Shown: positions 16,965 to 25,783 of the stretch, piece by piece
Position numbering within the stretch: position 1 is the first letter of the stretch
Layout of the letters: each line of letters opens with the position of its first letter
IMG/VR virus record: IMGVR_UViG_3300044730_001822
Location: 32,001-96,000 of that record
Direction: 5' to 3' (one strand)
Source: a virus
DNA: 64,000 bases
The notes under the pieces: generated by a model
Database searches by the model: none
Seen by the model: only the letters and a program-made list of their open reading frames with translations
Told to the model about the DNA's origin: nothing
Translations under genes and position numbers: made by a program

Positions 16965-18380
16965 ATGGCCAACAATCTCGTACCTTACTTTTATGACGGG
17001 CAAATCCGCAGATTCATGCTGCAGATCGCTCGCGCATTCAGCAACTTCCAGTGTGAATATGGCAAGGACCAAGAAGGCAATCCCATATTGGTCAGGATTC
17101 CGTGTATGTACGGCAATGCTTCTAGACAGGCCGCTGACATCATAGCCAAGAACACACAAAACAACTTGCCTGCGGCACCACAGATTACCTTTTATATTTC
17201 TGCTGTGAAGTATGCCAGAGACCGTGTGCAGGATCCCACCTTCACTGGCAAGATCGCTGTGCGCCAAAGGACCTACGACGAAGTGACCAATACCTACGAG
17301 CGCACCCAAGGCAATGCGTTTATTGTAGAACGCATGATGCCGGTGCCATATGACATCACTGTGAATGTAGATTTTTGGACCAGCAACGAACAACAGAAAC
17401 AAAGCATTTTTGAACAGATTGGTACGCTGTTCAATCCTGCGATAGAAATACAAAGCACTGACAACTACATAGACTGGACCAGCCTCAGTACTTTAGAACA
17501 GACTGATTTACAGTGGAGCAGCCGCACAGTGCCCGTGGGACAAGGCAATCCCATAGACATCATGACCTTTACACTGAAACTGCCGGTGTGGATATCTCCG
17601 CCAGTGAAAGTCACCAAGTATGGTGTGATCCACAAGATCATTACCAACATATTTGACGAGTCGGGCGATGTTAACAATGCTCTCACTGGCGATGATATAT
17701 TGGCTGGAACTCGCGCTGTGGTCACTCCCATGGGTTATCAGATCCTGCTGTTAGAAGGTCAGATACAGTGCTTGCGCAGTAATGTGCCGCATCAACCGCC
17801 CAACGTTGAACTCAATGACCCGGTAGAAGATACAAGCAGTACACTGTTATGGCACAATGTGATCGACCTGTATGGCGCACTGCGTAATGGCATCAGCCAG
17901 ATACGCATCCAGAATCACGATCTAGAAACTGAAATAGTGGGTACCGTGGCTTATCATCCATCAGATGATCGTGTGATGTTGTTCTCTGTTCATGCAGATA
18001 CCTTACCTCCCAATACCTTACAGCCCATTAACGCTGTTATCAATCCACAGCGTTCGGGTCCAGGTTCAGGATTACCGTTGGCTGCCCCGGGGCAGCGTTA
18101 TTTGTTGACTGACAACATAGGCAGTGAGGACAACACAGAGCCAGCGCCGGCCTGGACCGAAAACGGCGTAGGTTTGATAGCTGCTGCCGATGACATCATT
18201 GAATACGATGGCCAGCGTTGGTTTATCTCTTTTGATGCCAGCGAAGTGCAACCTGGCCAGCAGATAGAGTTTGTGACCAATCTCAAGACCAAAGTACAAT
18301 ATAAATTTGATCAAGAAATAGGCTGGATCAAAAGTTATGAAGGTTTCTATCGCGGCGGCGATTGGAGCATTGTGCTTTGA
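16965..18380 (+). CDS. gp15: Tail terminator / sheath stabiliser, T4 gp15-like, with C-terminal extension
   Basis: Motifs YFYDGQIRRF..Q....FSNF, IPCMYG, MPVPY, Q....EQI..LFNP. Confidence 0.8.
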   Translation: MANNLVPYFYDGQIRRFMLQIARAFSNFQCEYGKDQEGNPILVRIPCMYGNASRQAADIIAKNTQNNLPAAPQITFYISAVKYARDRVQDPTFTGKIAVRQRTYDEVTNTYERTQGNAFIVERMMPVPYDITVNVDFWTSNEQQKQSIFEQIGTLFNPAIEIQSTDNYIDWTSLSTLEQTDLQWSSRTVPVGQGNPIDIMTFTLKLPVWISPPVKVTKYGVIHKIITNIFDESGDVNNALTGDDILAGTRAVVTPMGYQILLLEGQIQCLRSNVPHQPPNVELNDPVEDTSSTLLWHNVIDLYGALRNGISQIRIQNHDLETEIVGTVAYHPSDDRVMLFSVHADTLPPNTLQPINAVINPQRSGPGSGLPLAAPGQRYLLTDNIGSEDNTEPAPAWTENGVGLIAAADDIIEYDGQRWFISFDASEVQPGQQIEFVTNLKTKVQYKFDQEIGWIKSYEGFYRGGDWSIVL

Positions 18381-18796
18381 AATCAGTTGATGCTGTTGGC
18401 ATCATGTTTTACAGTGCTGCCACACATAGATATCTTTACTTACTACGCAACGATCCCAAACATCCAGGTTCCTGGGGACTGCCCGGCGGTAAGATAGAAT
18501 CAGGTGAATCCATGCTGGATGCTGTGACAAGAGAATGCCAGGAAGAACTGGGTATGATTCCTGCATATCAAAAACTCATTCCCATTGAAAAGTTCACCAG
18601 CAACGACAACAATTTCAACTATCACACATTCTTTTGCGCCGTGGCAGAAGAATTTGTACCTACACTAAATCACGAACACATTGGCTATGCCTGGGTGGCC
18701 GCAGGTACAGTGCCCAAACCTCTGCATCCAGGTCTGTATGCCACATTCAAGATTGAAGAAATCCGAGACAAACTGGCAGTGATTGAACGCCACTGA
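18377..18796 (+). CDS. NUDIX hydrolase
   Basis: Nudix box WGLPGGKIESGESMLDAVTRECQEELG, plus LNHEH.GYAW. The TTG start overlaps the upstream TGA, with a GGAG SD. Confidence 0.92.
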   Translation: MKSVDAVGIMFYSAATHRYLYLLRNDPKHPGSWGLPGGKIESGESMLDAVTRECQEELGMIPAYQKLIPIEKFTSNDNNFNYHTFFCAVAEEFVPTLNHEHIGYAWVAAGTVPKPLHPGLYATFKIEEIRDKLAVIERH

Positions 18797-18815
18797 TTAA
18801 GTTAAAAATCGTAAA

Positions 18816-19298
18816 TTACGATTTAATACCAATCAAGATGTGACTGATTCTGCTGGCCAACCAGGTATTTGAGTTGGTAGAGCCGTAGCCAGTGTTGATT
18901 GCGCTACGCACACTGGCATTCAATGCACTGGCATCGTAGACCACTAGCACTACTCTATTTTCACTTGCCACACCATTCAACGCATTTGCCAATGCAGTGA
19001 GTTGAGCAGGATCAATGTATGTATCGTACCAGTTGATACTAACAGTGGCACCACTGGGTGATAATACCGCCATTGTGTGTCCACGGTTTGCGGTATTTAC
19101 AATTTCAACATCATTGACTTGTACTACGGCGTTTTGATAACCGGGCACATCATATGTTGACGAATACGCATAAATCTTAGTGGGACCAACGTATTGTGTG
19201 GTTGATATTGCCACAGTTGTGCCAAATGCTTCATACCATGTGTATGGTGGGTACGTGGGCTGTACATTGTTCATGATCATCATCTGTGCGCTGCTCAT
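18816..19298 (-). CDS. Small protein with an ILEI/GG-type lectin-like domain
   Basis: RGHTMAVLSPSG...WYDTY......LANALN.V....VVLVVYDAS matches the ILEI/PANDER-like pattern as recalled. Translationally coupled to the upstream lectin gene. Confidence 0.55.
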   Translation of the reverse strand: MSSAQMMIMNNVQPTYPPYTWYEAFGTTVAISTTQYVGPTKIYAYSSTYDVPGYQNAVVQVNDVEIVNTANRGHTMAVLSPSGATVSINWYDTYIDPAQLTALANALNGVASENRVVLVVYDASALNASVRSAINTGYGSTNSNTWLASRISHILIGIKS

Positions 19299-19984
19299 AC
19301 ACCAAACCTACCTTTCAAAGCATAGTAGTTTTGTCGGATTCGCTCAATGCTTAACTTTTGATTGTATAAAAACATATTGGCCACATAGCCCCAGGGTTGG
19401 CCGGCAAGATCATTGTTGCCCCAGCCCCAATGTGTGGTTCCTCCTGCCCCATATGCTATTGAACTTCCAACTTGTGAACCATTTATGTAAAATGTTTGAG
19501 ATGAATTGTCACCAACCACAGCATATTGAACCCAGATGCCAACCGAAGATGCGAGGTCGTATCCTGAACTTCTAAATTCGGTATCCCAATATCCCAGTGT
19601 ATTTGTTCCATTGGGGATGGTGATTGGTGTGTATTTGGGTGAATTTGTATAAAGCAATGTTCTAAATGATGCTGGATTGCCTGCTTCCAATCTAGCCCAG
19701 GTGATATATGTATATCCCGAGGTCGGTAATGTAGGACCAGTTCCATTTACAACAACTCTATTATTGCCTGTAGTACAGTCAAAACATTTAACACCACCCA
19801 GTACAGTGTATGTGGCACCAGTTAATGTATGTGTGTATCCGTTGCCTGACAGATCTGTGATTGCAGTTCCTGTGCCTGGATAACTGGCAGCATTGTCTGC
19901 ATCAATATATATTGCCAAATTGTTGGTGTATATAGTTGCATCATACACATCACTGCCAGTGAGTGTCACACCCGAAATAAACAT
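19295..19984 (-). CDS. Concanavalin A/LamG-like lectin-domain virion protein (start revised to MFISGVTL)
   Basis: L.IYIDA.N..SYPGTGT...DLSGNG, YT...W, FYING, YN..LS...I.QNY.ALKGRFG. ATG overlaps the fibre stop (TAATG). Confidence 0.8.
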   Translation of the reverse strand: MFISGVTLTGSDVYDATIYTNNLAIYIDADNAASYPGTGTAITDLSGNGYTHTLTGATYTVLGGVKCFDCTTGNNRVVVNGTGPTLPTSGYTYITWARLEAGNPASFRTLLYTNSPKYTPITIPNGTNTLGYWDTEFRSSGYDLASSVGIWVQYAVVGDNSSQTFYINGSQVGSSIAYGAGGTTHWGWGNNDLAGQPWGYVANMFLYNQKLSIERIRQNYYALKGRFGV

Positions 19985-22900
19985 TAGGCTATCCCTGTGC
20001 CGTTGATCATCCAAACATTGGCTGCCACATTCAACAATGAAGCCATGCCATAGGAAGAAACTGTTCTGTTGGCTGCCGTGCTGTTGCCTGCTAGATACAA
20101 ACTCACACCTGTGCCTTGTGCAATTGTGATATTGCCTGTGCCACGATTGACCACTGTTATGGCTGTGCCTATGGTCCAAGATACAGAAGAGTTGTTAGCG
20201 ATAGTCAATGTGTTGCCAGTACTCAACGTAGAATAGTAATGCTTGCCACCATCAGTGGCTGACAAAGTAGCATCGCCGGTAAATGCAACCTGTGGAATAT
20301 CTCTATAGCCAAGAGTATATCCTGCAGTATTGCCCGAAATATTGCCACCGATAATATTTAAATTGCCTGTGACATTACTGCTGTAACTGACTTCTTTGGT
20401 CCCATCGTTGTACTGTAATATGCCTGCATTACCCGATGTATTCCTAACAGGCGCTACCACAAACGAGTTGGCTGTGGTGTTGTTTAGATTGGCTCCTGTG
20501 CTGTTCAACACTATGGAATTGTTGGCTTGATTCGCACGACCTGCGCGGAAACCAATAGATATGGAATTTGTGCCTTGGCTGTTGCCACCGGCTTCTGCAC
20601 CAATGGCTATGGCACCTGCCAGTTGTGAATCTCTAGCAGCACCTATACCAATGGCCACTGTGTAGTAATCTTGCGCCACATTGCCTGCGTTCACGCCAAT
20701 GGCCACAGCAGTCTGGCTTTGTGTGGCACCGCCTGCGCCTGTGCCAAGAGCAATATAAGTGTTGGCTACACCTGTCCAGGCTGTGTTCTGATATGTGGCA
20801 TCACCAAATGTTATTCGATCTGTTACTGCAATATTACCAGCAGTGATATTGCCAGTAGCGGACAAATTGTTAACCGCGGTTGTGCCGTTGGCCAGTGTTG
20901 CGTTACCTGCGTTGTCAAACACATAGTTATAACTGCCGGCGATCAATGTGACATTGGGAGTGGTGCCTTGCACATTGCCAGTGATTGAAATGTTGCCTAT
21001 CAAGTTACCGGCAGTGATGTTGCCCGTGGTAACGATAGTATTTGACCCGTAGGCAGCCAAGAAGTTGGCCACATTGGCATTGCCATATGTGCCAGCTAAA
21101 TTAGACAGGATGTTTACACCATTGGAAAAGTTGATGTTGCCATTTTGAGGCAGAGTCAAATTGCCGTCAGTGGTAAAATTCCAAAGTTTGCTAGTAACAT
21201 TGGTTTGTGTTTCAATCTGGAATGATTTATCAACACCGGTTAAAAAGTTAACTGTGTTTGGACCTCTAGCATTTGATAATGTAACTCCTGTTGGGAATGT
21301 TGTGGTACCGGTGTTGCTAAATGTCCAGGTGTATCCAGACTTCACAATGTTACCTGCGATGTTGCCAGTGTAGGTTGGCAAGTAATCGGCCACATTGGCA
21401 TTGCCATAGGTAGCAGACAAACCTGTGAGTTGACTACCATTGCCAATGAAGTAATTGCCGGTCACATTGCCCACAGTGGTGATACCCACATTGGCTATCA
21501 AGTTGCCCGACGCAGTGATATTGCCTGTGGCGCTCACAGTAGAGATACTGCTGAAGCCGGACAAGGTGGGTGCCGGGCTGGCTCCTGTAGCGCGGATGCC
21601 TCCGGACACCACAAGATAGTCTGCCGATACATTGCCAGTGGCCGAAACCTGTGCGGTGCTAAACACACCGTCTTTGTCAAAGTCATAGATGGCTATGTTG
21701 CCGCCATTGGTGCCAGTGACAATACGCACGGTCTGCGTGTTCTGCAACGGCGTGTAGACAGCAGCTATGTTGCTGCTCATCAAGTTGGCAATGTCTTCTG
21801 CCCAGTATGATGTGACTGTGCCGTTGGCTCCAGATGCTATAAACGACAACGGTAGATTATCAGCAGGCTGTAATAAAGCACTTTCGGTGCCAAATACAAT
21901 AGTGTCGCCACTGAGAATCATATCACCTGCTAAAATCAAGTTTGCGTCTGCACCAAATGTCCAATTGTAGCCATGAGCCCCAATATTGACATTACCATCA
22001 CCAATTATATTAAAGTCCTCGGGTCCAGTTTGGTGCATAATAGTATTGGACCAGGTTAAATTATTGCCATTGATATCGATGTTGCCAGGAACGGATAAGT
22101 TACCATCGTTGCCAAAGGTCCAGGTCTGAGGTGTACCTGAGTTGGCTGTAAGCACAATATTGGCGTTTGATTGTATCAGTGGTGTATTGACCGCACCAAC
22201 GCTGATGCCAATGTTGGCGGTCAACGGTGCTTGATAATCTACATACAAAGCAAGTTGACTTGCACCTGTATATGCTGTGTAATCTAATTCTAAAGTGCTG
22301 GCATTGTAGTAGTTGCCAGTAACAAAATCATTGTAACTTAGGCTGGTGGCATTAGAAAAATACTGACTGCTGATCGTAGCATATCCATCAAGTACGCTGA
22401 TACCATTGGCATAGTTTATGTTACTGGTGTTACCAGGCAATGCCAGGTTGCCATCGTTGCCAAAGGTCCAAGTGTAGCCACCGCTGTGTATTCTTGCTTC
22501 TGGAGCATTACCATATTGCGCTGTAATCTCAAAATTGGTATTTTCTGGGCCAAGGAAGATGTTGGCTGTTGGTTGTTCCACATTGCCGCCAATGCCCGGC
22601 GCACGCAAATGAATGTGCCCAGGAGCAGTGGGATCCAATACCAACACTTGATCATTGACTGTGTCGTCAGGAGTGAGAGTCAGTGTGGTATAACCACCAC
22701 CATCACCAGAAGAATTTCCCATCCACTCTATGCGACCATCGTTGTTGGCAGTGACACCAACAATGTTGCCGGCCACCGACAGGGGAACGTTCTGTATCAG
22801 CACGTCCGTTGGCAGCACCACAAGATTGTTGAATCCACCGGCTCCGATGTTGACTCCATTGTTGGCCACTAGAGCACTGATGTTCTCAACGGCAAAATTT

Positions 22901-24540
22901 AGACTGTCAAGATTGGTTATGTTGCCTACCAATCCTTGCACGTTGCCCAAGAAATAGTTGGCTGTGGTGGTGTTGCCGGTGTTGTCAAAAATCAAGTTTG
23001 CGTAACCTGCTTTGAATACCAGGGCCTCGCTGCCAAACAGCACCGAACCATTGATCACTGGCGTGTATGCGGCCTGTGCCTGTGGCAAATACATCCAGCC
23101 ATAATTGTCATATGACCATGTGTAATTGCCACCGTCGGTGGTGATTTCCACAGCACCACCTGTGTTGGCGTTCATATTGACGTTGTTCACAGCAGTTTTG
23201 ATTGTGCTGCCGTTGACAAAATTGATATTGCCAGCACCAAGATTGCCTGCGTATGTGGGCAAGTAATTGGCCACATTGGCATTGCTGTATGAACTGCCAG
23301 CCGAGATGCCGGTTAAGAATGCACCGTTACCGATAAAATACTGACTGCTCACATTGCCCGAAACTGAAAGATTGCCGCCCGTGATGATTCCATTGGGCGA
23401 CTGAAAATGTCCATCGTTTTCAAATGAAAACTGATAGGCACTGACTCCTACCACATCATAGGTCTTGACTCGGATCTCTTTGGTCACGTCGTCAACTTCC
23501 ACGTGAACATCTTCGCCACCTAGATACAGATAGGAGTTGCTGGCATCCTGGATGCCGCCTGCACGGATGTGTATGTGTCCGGTGTTGTAGGGATCTATCA
23601 CCACATATCGATCTTCGGGCACTAGATTATCATCAGGAATCAACTTCAGCACGTTGAGATTGCTGCCGTTGATTTCCCAGCGCAGGCTTCCTGTGTTGCC
23701 AGCAGTTTCTGCCACCAGACTACCCGGCATGGTCAAATTACCTGCTGTGTCAAAGGTCCAGGCATTGGCTCCGTCGGTGGTGACCACAACATTTCCGTCA
23801 ATGGTGCCTATATCCACAGTGGAAGTGCCGTTGGCGATAAAGGATCCCAGAGCCGAAATTCCAGTAAGTTGTGATCCATTGCCTACAAAATAACCTGCAG
23901 AAACGTTGCCAGCACCCGTGAAGTCACCTTCAGTATCATATAGCCAATTACCACCTGCGGTTGAAACCTTGACATTGCCATTGGCCACTAGATTGTAAAT
24001 ATGCAGATTGGCTACATCAGCAGTGGCATCGTCGGGCACAGTGATGCCAACTAGCCCAGCAGTACCGCTGGGTCTAATGCTGACGCTGGTTTCGCTCGCA
24101 TTGTTGGCCAACTCAATGTTAGTTCCGTCTATGGCCACATTGGAAATTTGATCAGGAGTGCGTGCGAAATTTATTGGGGTGGTACCAATAATCACAGGAT
24201 TGGGAGTGGTCAGTGTCCAGGTGGTCTGCGCATATTCTGCGCCATCTGTTACAGACACAGTCAATCCCGAGTTCACTGCAGAACTCAATCCTGAATTGAT
24301 ATTGATCCAGTCTGGTGCAGGCACCAACAGTGTTTGCGCAGCATTGACCTGATAGATGCCGTTTTCGGTAGCATCAGTTTGCGCTGTGAGCAGCACACGG
24401 TCATAGGGATCTAAAACCACTGCGTCAATGACCAGTGCGCCAGGGCTGGCTAGATTGATGTTTGAGTCAGATAAAGCACGGACCGCCTGTTTCCAGTCGA
24501 TGTCGTAGACCTGATAAGCGCGGGGTTTTGTTGCTGGCAT
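19984..24540 (-). CDS. Long repetitive tail-fibre/adhesin protein (1518 aa)
   Basis: Fibre-type N-terminus DWKQAVR...DRVLLTAQTDATENGIY. G/N/T-rich with repeated WTF..DGNL.LP and ANVANYLPTY motifs, and YadA-like AVAIG..AG repeats near the C-terminus. Confidence 0.8.
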   Translation of the reverse strand: MPATKPRAYQVYDIDWKQAVRALSDSNINLASPGALVIDAVVLDPYDRVLLTAQTDATENGIYQVNAAQTLLVPAPDWININSGLSSAVNSGLTVSVTDGAEYAQTTWTLTTPNPVIIGTTPINFARTPDQISNVAIDGTNIELANNASETSVSIRPSGTAGLVGITVPDDATADVANLHIYNLVANGNVKVSTAGGNWLYDTEGDFTGAGNVSAGYFVGNGSQLTGISALGSFIANGTSTVDIGTIDGNVVVTTDGANAWTFDTAGNLTMPGSLVAETAGNTGSLRWEINGSNLNVLKLIPDDNLVPEDRYVVIDPYNTGHIHIRAGGIQDASNSYLYLGGEDVHVEVDDVTKEIRVKTYDVVGVSAYQFSFENDGHFQSPNGIITGGNLSVSGNVSSQYFIGNGAFLTGISAGSSYSNANVANYLPTYAGNLGAGNINFVNGSTIKTAVNNVNMNANTGGAVEITTDGGNYTWSYDNYGWMYLPQAQAAYTPVINGSVLFGSEALVFKAGYANLIFDNTGNTTTANYFLGNVQGLVGNITNLDSLNFAVENISALVANNGVNIGAGGFNNLVVLPTDVLIQNVPLSVAGNIVGVTANNDGRIEWMGNSSGDGGGYTTLTLTPDDTVNDQVLVLDPTAPGHIHLRAPGIGGNVEQPTANIFLGPENTNFEITAQYGNAPEARIHSGGYTWTFGNDGNLALPGNTSNINYANGISVLDGYATISSQYFSNATSLSYNDFVTGNYYNASTLELDYTAYTGASQLALYVDYQAPLTANIGISVGAVNTPLIQSNANIVLTANSGTPQTWTFGNDGNLSVPGNIDINGNNLTWSNTIMHQTGPEDFNIIGDGNVNIGAHGYNWTFGADANLILAGDMILSGDTIVFGTESALLQPADNLPLSFIASGANGTVTSYWAEDIANLMSSNIAAVYTPLQNTQTVRIVTGTNGGNIAIYDFDKDGVFSTAQVSATGNVSADYLVVSGGIRATGASPAPTLSGFSSISTVSATGNITASGNLIANVGITTVGNVTGNYFIGNGSQLTGLSATYGNANVADYLPTYTGNIAGNIVKSGYTWTFSNTGTTTFPTGVTLSNARGPNTVNFLTGVDKSFQIETQTNVTSKLWNFTTDGNLTLPQNGNINFSNGVNILSNLAGTYGNANVANFLAAYGSNTIVTTGNITAGNLIGNISITGNVQGTTPNVTLIAGSYNYVFDNAGNATLANGTTAVNNLSATGNITAGNIAVTDRITFGDATYQNTAWTGVANTYIALGTGAGGATQSQTAVAIGVNAGNVAQDYYTVAIGIGAARDSQLAGAIAIGAEAGGNSQGTNSISIGFRAGRANQANNSIVLNSTGANLNNTTANSFVVAPVRNTSGNAGILQYNDGTKEVSYSSNVTGNLNIIGGNISGNTAGYTLGYRDIPQVAFTGDATLSATDGGKHYYSTLSTGNTLTIANNSSVSWTIGTAITVVNRGTGNITIAQGTGVSLYLAGNSTAANRTVSSYGMASLLNVAANVWMINGTGIA

Positions 24541-24542
24541 AA

Positions 24543-24578
24543 GCTGTTTCCAATTTATAACTATTTAGCGGAAACAGC
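24543..24578 (-). promoter_or_regulatory. Late promoter TAAATA inside a 9-bp hairpin covering the fibre RBS region
   Basis: The minus strand reads GCTGTTTCC-gcTAAATAgttataaatt-GGAAACAGC-ttATG. Confidence 0.7.
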
Positions 24579-24595
24579 GGTTGGTACAGGGTGTG

Positions 24596-25330
24596 CTACT
24601 TAAATGACGGTCCTGTGATCCAGGCCACAAGGCTGTATCTAGTGCCCTTGGTCACGGGTGTGACCCTGTGTAAAACATAACTGGGAAATACCGTGACAAA
24701 TCCCTGCTCTTTGTTGGGCACAGTGGGCTCTTTGCCGTAGTACAGTTCCAGGTCTCCGCCAACATAATCCTTTGGATCAGACAACTGCAATGTAAAACTC
24801 AGTTTCCTGGTCCAGGTATTGAGTCCGCGATCTATGTGCTGATCATATTTGCCCCCGGGAGCATCATAGCGTGTGAACTGGAATCCTTCGATAAATCCAA
24901 ACAAGTCAAACTTGAAAAATTTTGAATTCAAATCTACTATGACATCTGTGACCCGACGGAAAATCCAATGGCTGTCATCACAGGGCATGAGCCAAGAATT
25001 TTTGCTGTCGCGGATGTTGGGTGCAACATCATTGCCTCGAATGCGACTATTGTCAACAATTCTCGCGTTGCCTATTTCAATGATTTTGCGACATTCATCA
25101 GGTGTAAATGCACCTTGGAAGTAGGCCCAATCTTCCACATGATCCAGTTGGAAAGGCCATACCGTTGATGATTGGTCAATCTTTACAACAGACGCAGACT
25201 GCGACGCTGTTTTTTTTGTTGAAACTTTGGCTGCTGTTTTGGTTTTTGCAGACTTGGCCACAGGTTTTTTTACTGCAACCTGTGCTGATTTGAATTCTTG
25301 TGTTGTGGAAGTTTTAGCGTTCTTAGACAT
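24596..25330 (-). CDS. 2OG-Fe(II) oxygenase (PKHD/prolyl-4-hydroxylase type)
   Basis: Motifs QFTRY, Y.HID (HxD), RKLS...QLSDP.DY.GG.L, FPSY.LHRV.PV..G.RYSLVAW. Has a Lys/Ala-rich N-terminal extension. Confidence 0.93.
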   Translation of the reverse strand: MSKNAKTSTTQEFKSAQVAVKKPVAKSAKTKTAAKVSTKKTASQSASVVKIDQSSTVWPFQLDHVEDWAYFQGAFTPDECRKIIEIGNARIVDNSRIRGNDVAPNIRDSKNSWLMPCDDSHWIFRRVTDVIVDLNSKFFKFDLFGFIEGFQFTRYDAPGGKYDQHIDRGLNTWTRKLSFTLQLSDPKDYVGGDLELYYGKEPTVPNKEQGFVTVFPSYVLHRVTPVTKGTRYSLVAWITGPSFK

Positions 25331-25368
25331 AACTTTAGTTATCTATGTCTAAGAACCGCTGAAAAAAA

Positions 25369-25764
25369 TTATGGATTCTCTTCTGGGACTACAACTACCC
25401 AACTCACTGTAGATTCATCCCAGTCATACTCTTGTCCGTCGGTGGGTTCAGGAATTGGTGGCTTCCACTGACCAGTAAAATCATCCACTATCCAACTGGG
25501 ATAAGGATCCGGCTTTGGTGGAATGAACGCATCTCTGGCAGCATCATAGGAATAGCCAATACCTGCATAATTTTTACGCAGAGCCTTGGACTGATCCGCA
25601 GATGGAGTGTTGGAATTGGGCTCATAGTGTACGCCTGCTTTGGTATTGTAACTGGTCTGGATCCACTGTGCTGGGTCGCCCACTGCACCAGAATCAATAA
25701 AATCCTGCTCGGCTACAATTACTTGCGTAACTTTGCCGCCTTCTACTTTGGCAAAATGTGACAT
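25369..25764 (-). CDS. Small phage protein typically found beside fibre genes (possible fibre chaperone/accessory)
   Basis: MSHFAKV....VTQVIVAEQDFID...WIQTSYNT...RKNYAGIGY.YD...DAFIPPKP..SW, with AAGGA SD. Function inferred from context. Confidence 0.65.
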   Translation of the reverse strand: MSHFAKVEGGKVTQVIVAEQDFIDSGAVGDPAQWIQTSYNTKAGVHYEPNSNTPSADQSKALRKNYAGIGYSYDAARDAFIPPKPDPYPSWIVDDFTGQWKPPIPEPTDGQEYDWDESTVSWVVVVPEENP

Positions 25765-25783
25765 AAATCTATCCTTTTAAAAA

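Noticed and set aside
19985-20179. N-terminal extension of ORF 19295-20179
   Set aside because: It is an out-of-frame overlap with the fibre C-terminus; TAATG coupling supports ATG 19984.
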